Shown in pieces: positions 62,139 through 64,000 of a stretch of DNA of 64,000 nt. A model generated the notes under the pieces. That model did no database searches. It was given only the letters and a program-made list of their open reading frames with translations, and was not told where the DNA came from. How positions within the stretch are numbered: position 1 is the stretch's first letter; every line of letters begins with the position of its first letter. Origin of the DNA: an uncultured cyanobacterium. Lineage in GTDB: Bacteria > Cyanobacteriota > Cyanobacteriia > CAKZMO01. The position numbers and the translations under genes are program-made. The stretch is taken from contig CAVRCJ010000001.1 of assembly GCA_963719515.1 (NCBI GenBank), positions 1 to 64,000 of the forward strand, read 5' to 3'.

Positions 62139-62300
62139 CTGCATAGTTCCAATGGTGACATCCTCCCGACGCTGATGCTACGCATACAGCGCGGGCTTCC
62201 TCAGTGACTCCCAGCTACTGCTGAGACATTTCCTGAGAGATTAAGGGCTTGATGTCCCACAGCCCTATTCAATAGGTTGATAGCCGCGTTGTGGTCGCGA
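62139..62300 (-). ncRNA. Predicted omegaRNA of copy 2; guide CATTGGAACTATGCAG; 5' end approximate
   Basis: Same scaffold as copy 1, different flank. Confidence 0.7.
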
Positions 62301-63397
62301 CAGATCGTTAAGCCGCATGACGGGCAACTATGGACCCGATCGGCCAGCGTCTTTGGTACCCGCTCACCACAACCCGAGCAATCAATGCTGGTTCCGCGTG
62401 GGTTCTCAGCGATGGTCATCTTTCCAGCTTTCGCGGCTTTGAAAGAGCCTATCTCCAAGAATGTACCCCATGCGGCATCAGCGATTGACTTTGCCAGTCT
62501 GGTTCGAGCAAGTCCTTTGATGTTGAGCTTTTCATGAGCGACAACATCGTACTTTGAGAACAGCCAATCCCACACCTTAGAAAAGAAATCACGACGCTGA
62601 CGCGATATCTTTAGGTGTAGTTTGGCGATGCGATTCACCTGCTTACGCCAGCGGTTAGAGCCCTTCTTCTGTCTCGATAGCTGCCGCTGCAGCTTGGATA
62701 GCTGCCGCTCTGAGCGTCGAAAGAACTGAGGGATAGGAACGCTCTCACCGTCACTGGTAACCAAGAAATCCTTCAGCCCAACGTCAACACCGACAGACTT
62801 AGCCCTATCGACATCCGGAGTAAGCATCGGAACGGCATTGTTTTCCAGTAACAGGCTCACATACCAACCATCTGCTTTGCGAGTCACCTTGGCCGTTTTG
62901 ACAGTAAACCCATCAGGTATCGGGCGATGAAGGATTAGCTTCACCTGACCAATCTTAGGCAGGGTAATACGACTTCCATCGATGCAGTCAGGTTTCATCT
63001 GCGGGAACGTGAACGTCCTGTAGCGCCCCGCGCCTTTGAACCGAGGCTTGCCGCTACGCTTACCATTCCTATCACCTTTGATGAAACGCTCGAACGTCTG
63101 CTTTACCTGCTTCGTCACCTCCTGAAGCGCTTGTGAGTGCAAATCCTTGTACCAGGGTCGCTCTCGCTTGAGAGGTACTAGGCTAGCCTTCTGGCTGTAG
63201 TAATTAGGATTATCTTTGAGTGGCGCAAGGCTACAGGTGAGTGGGCAGGCGTTGACCGAACAGCGGTTCATCTCCCACCAGTCGAAGCGCTCAGCCAGCA
63301 ACCAGTTGTACTGTGCCCGAAGCATATCTAGCCATCGGGTCATGGTAACCGTTTGCTCAGCCGCTGGACGCAACTTGTACTGATAAGTGACTTTCAT
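62201..63397 (-). CDS. tnpB: TnpB RNA-guided endonuclease (398 aa from MKVTYQYKLRP)
   Basis: Y.YKLRP N-terminus; RuvC D/E/D and zinc finger intact; one K/R difference from copy 1 over the shared part. Confidence 0.95.
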   Translation of the reverse strand: MKVTYQYKLRPAAEQTVTMTRWLDMLRAQYNWLLAERFDWWEMNRCSVNACPLTCSLAPLKDNPNYYSQKASLVPLKRERPWYKDLHSQALQEVTKQVKQTFERFIKGDRNGKRSGKPRFKGAGRYRTFTFPQMKPDCIDGSRITLPKIGQVKLILHRPIPDGFTVKTAKVTRKADGWYVSLLLENNAVPMLTPDVDRAKSVGVDVGLKDFLVTSDGESVPIPQFFRRSERQLSKLQRQLSRQKKGSNRWRKQVNRIAKLHLKISRQRRDFFSKVWDWLFSKYDVVAHEKLNIKGLARTRLAKSIADAAWGTFLEIGSFKAAKAGKMTIAENPRGTSIDCSGCGERVPKTLADRVHSCPSCGLTICRDHNAAINLLNRAVGHQALNLSGNVSAVAGSH

Positions 63398-63430
63398 GCA
63401 ATAATGATAGCATATTGACATCAGAATGAC

Positions 63431-63613
63431 ATGCAGCAAATAACTATTAGAGCCGCTGACAGAGAAAAGCAGCATCTTGACAAGTATTGTGAGATGACTA
63501 AAAGAACTATCAACGATGTCCTTAGGGAGTACATCCGAAGTTTGGCCGTCTCCGGGGCATTGAGCCCCATCGACGACCGCGACTCTCATCCCGACGCTCA
63601 CCCTGACGGGTAG
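63431..63613 (+). CDS. Small CopG/ribbon-helix-helix protein, divergent from tnpB
   Basis: QITIR strand then EKQHLDKYC..RTINDVLREYIRSL helices. Confidence 0.7.
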   Translation: MQQITIRAADREKQHLDKYCEMTKRTINDVLREYIRSLAVSGALSPIDDRDSHPDAHPDG

Positions 63614-63951
63614 AGCGCGGGGCTTCCCGTCTAGTAGCTAAAGCGGCCTCTCAGGAAATACACGCAATACGTCGGCGTGCTGCGGCATCTTTATGCGAAA
63701 TTCAAACGTATTTAAAGTCGTCCCCGAGAGAATTTTGACCTAGCCATCGATGAGCAGCACTAGACGCTCCTACACCATACAAGATGTAGAAAAGCCCAAC
63801 TCAGCCCAAGGGGCGATTAAGGCGAATAGTTAACTCTGTTACTTTTCGTTGCAGACGGTAGTCGTCAACAGTTTTCTGCAGGGTGCATCGGGCATGAGCT
63901 TGCAGACCACCCTGACTTGCAGCTACCGCTAACGATACACAAGAGAATCAC

Positions 63952-64000
63952 ATGGCTAATCCTGACCAAATCATCAATCAGATCAAACAGCTCGACGTCG
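63952..64000 (+). CDS. Possible start of a CDS running off the window
   Basis: ATG GCT AAT CCT GAC CAA... open to the edge; purine-rich upstream. Confidence 0.35.
   Translation, partial: MANPDQIINQIKQLDV

Larger units (their letters stand above)
62155..63637 (-). mobile_element. IS200/IS605-family element, copy 2 (complete, 1483 bp; tnpB plus RHH gene, no tnpA)
   Basis: Preceded by TTTAG (63638-63642, minus strand); left end CTACTAGACGGGAAGC-CCCGCGCT..AGCGTCGGG; right end ..GATGTCAC; no target duplication. Confidence 0.95.

Noticed and set aside
63398..63601. 68-aa N-terminal extension of the 466-aa TnpB ORF
   Set aside because: It is antisense to the RHH gene; the family-typical start is MKVTYQYKLRP at 63397

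Overview
Chromosomal segment of a filamentous cyanobacterium, probably Leptolyngbya/Nodosilinea-like: GC-rich, frequent HIP1 GCGATCGC sites, hpsA- and fraH-like genes. Most of it is housekeeping (pgl, wecB, VKOR-Trx, moaD/moaE, yvcK, glmM, secDF, ppk1, sbcC, accB, efp, thiL, tocopherol cyclase, tRNA-Arg, cysS, rpsF). An accessory island at ~23.2-36.4 kb holds nested IS remnants and two large repeat-containing, probably extracellular, protein genes; one is split by a clean IS4-family insertion. The strongest signal is a set of four related IS200/IS605 elements. Two are near-identical tnpB copies with intact catalytic motifs, in inverted orientation at the window ends; the complete copy has a small RHH gene and no tnpA. 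Two are ORF-less mini-elements (7104-7547 and 23689-24080), each built as left end, extended -10 promoter, long structured non-coding segment, right end. The 23.7-kb mini-element conserves the omegaRNA-like 3' scaffold of the tnpB copies with compensatory changes. It sits at TTTAG inside an IS1 transposase gene, so its predicted guide matches uninterrupted IS1 copies. Features missing from the ORF track include a Pmp3/YqaE small gene, a deleted TIGR00725 pseudogene, a GT4 remnant, an S6:S18-like rpsF leader and a PsrR1-like sRNA candidate; cysS is frameshifted. All family calls come from motif recognition by eye; no searches were run.
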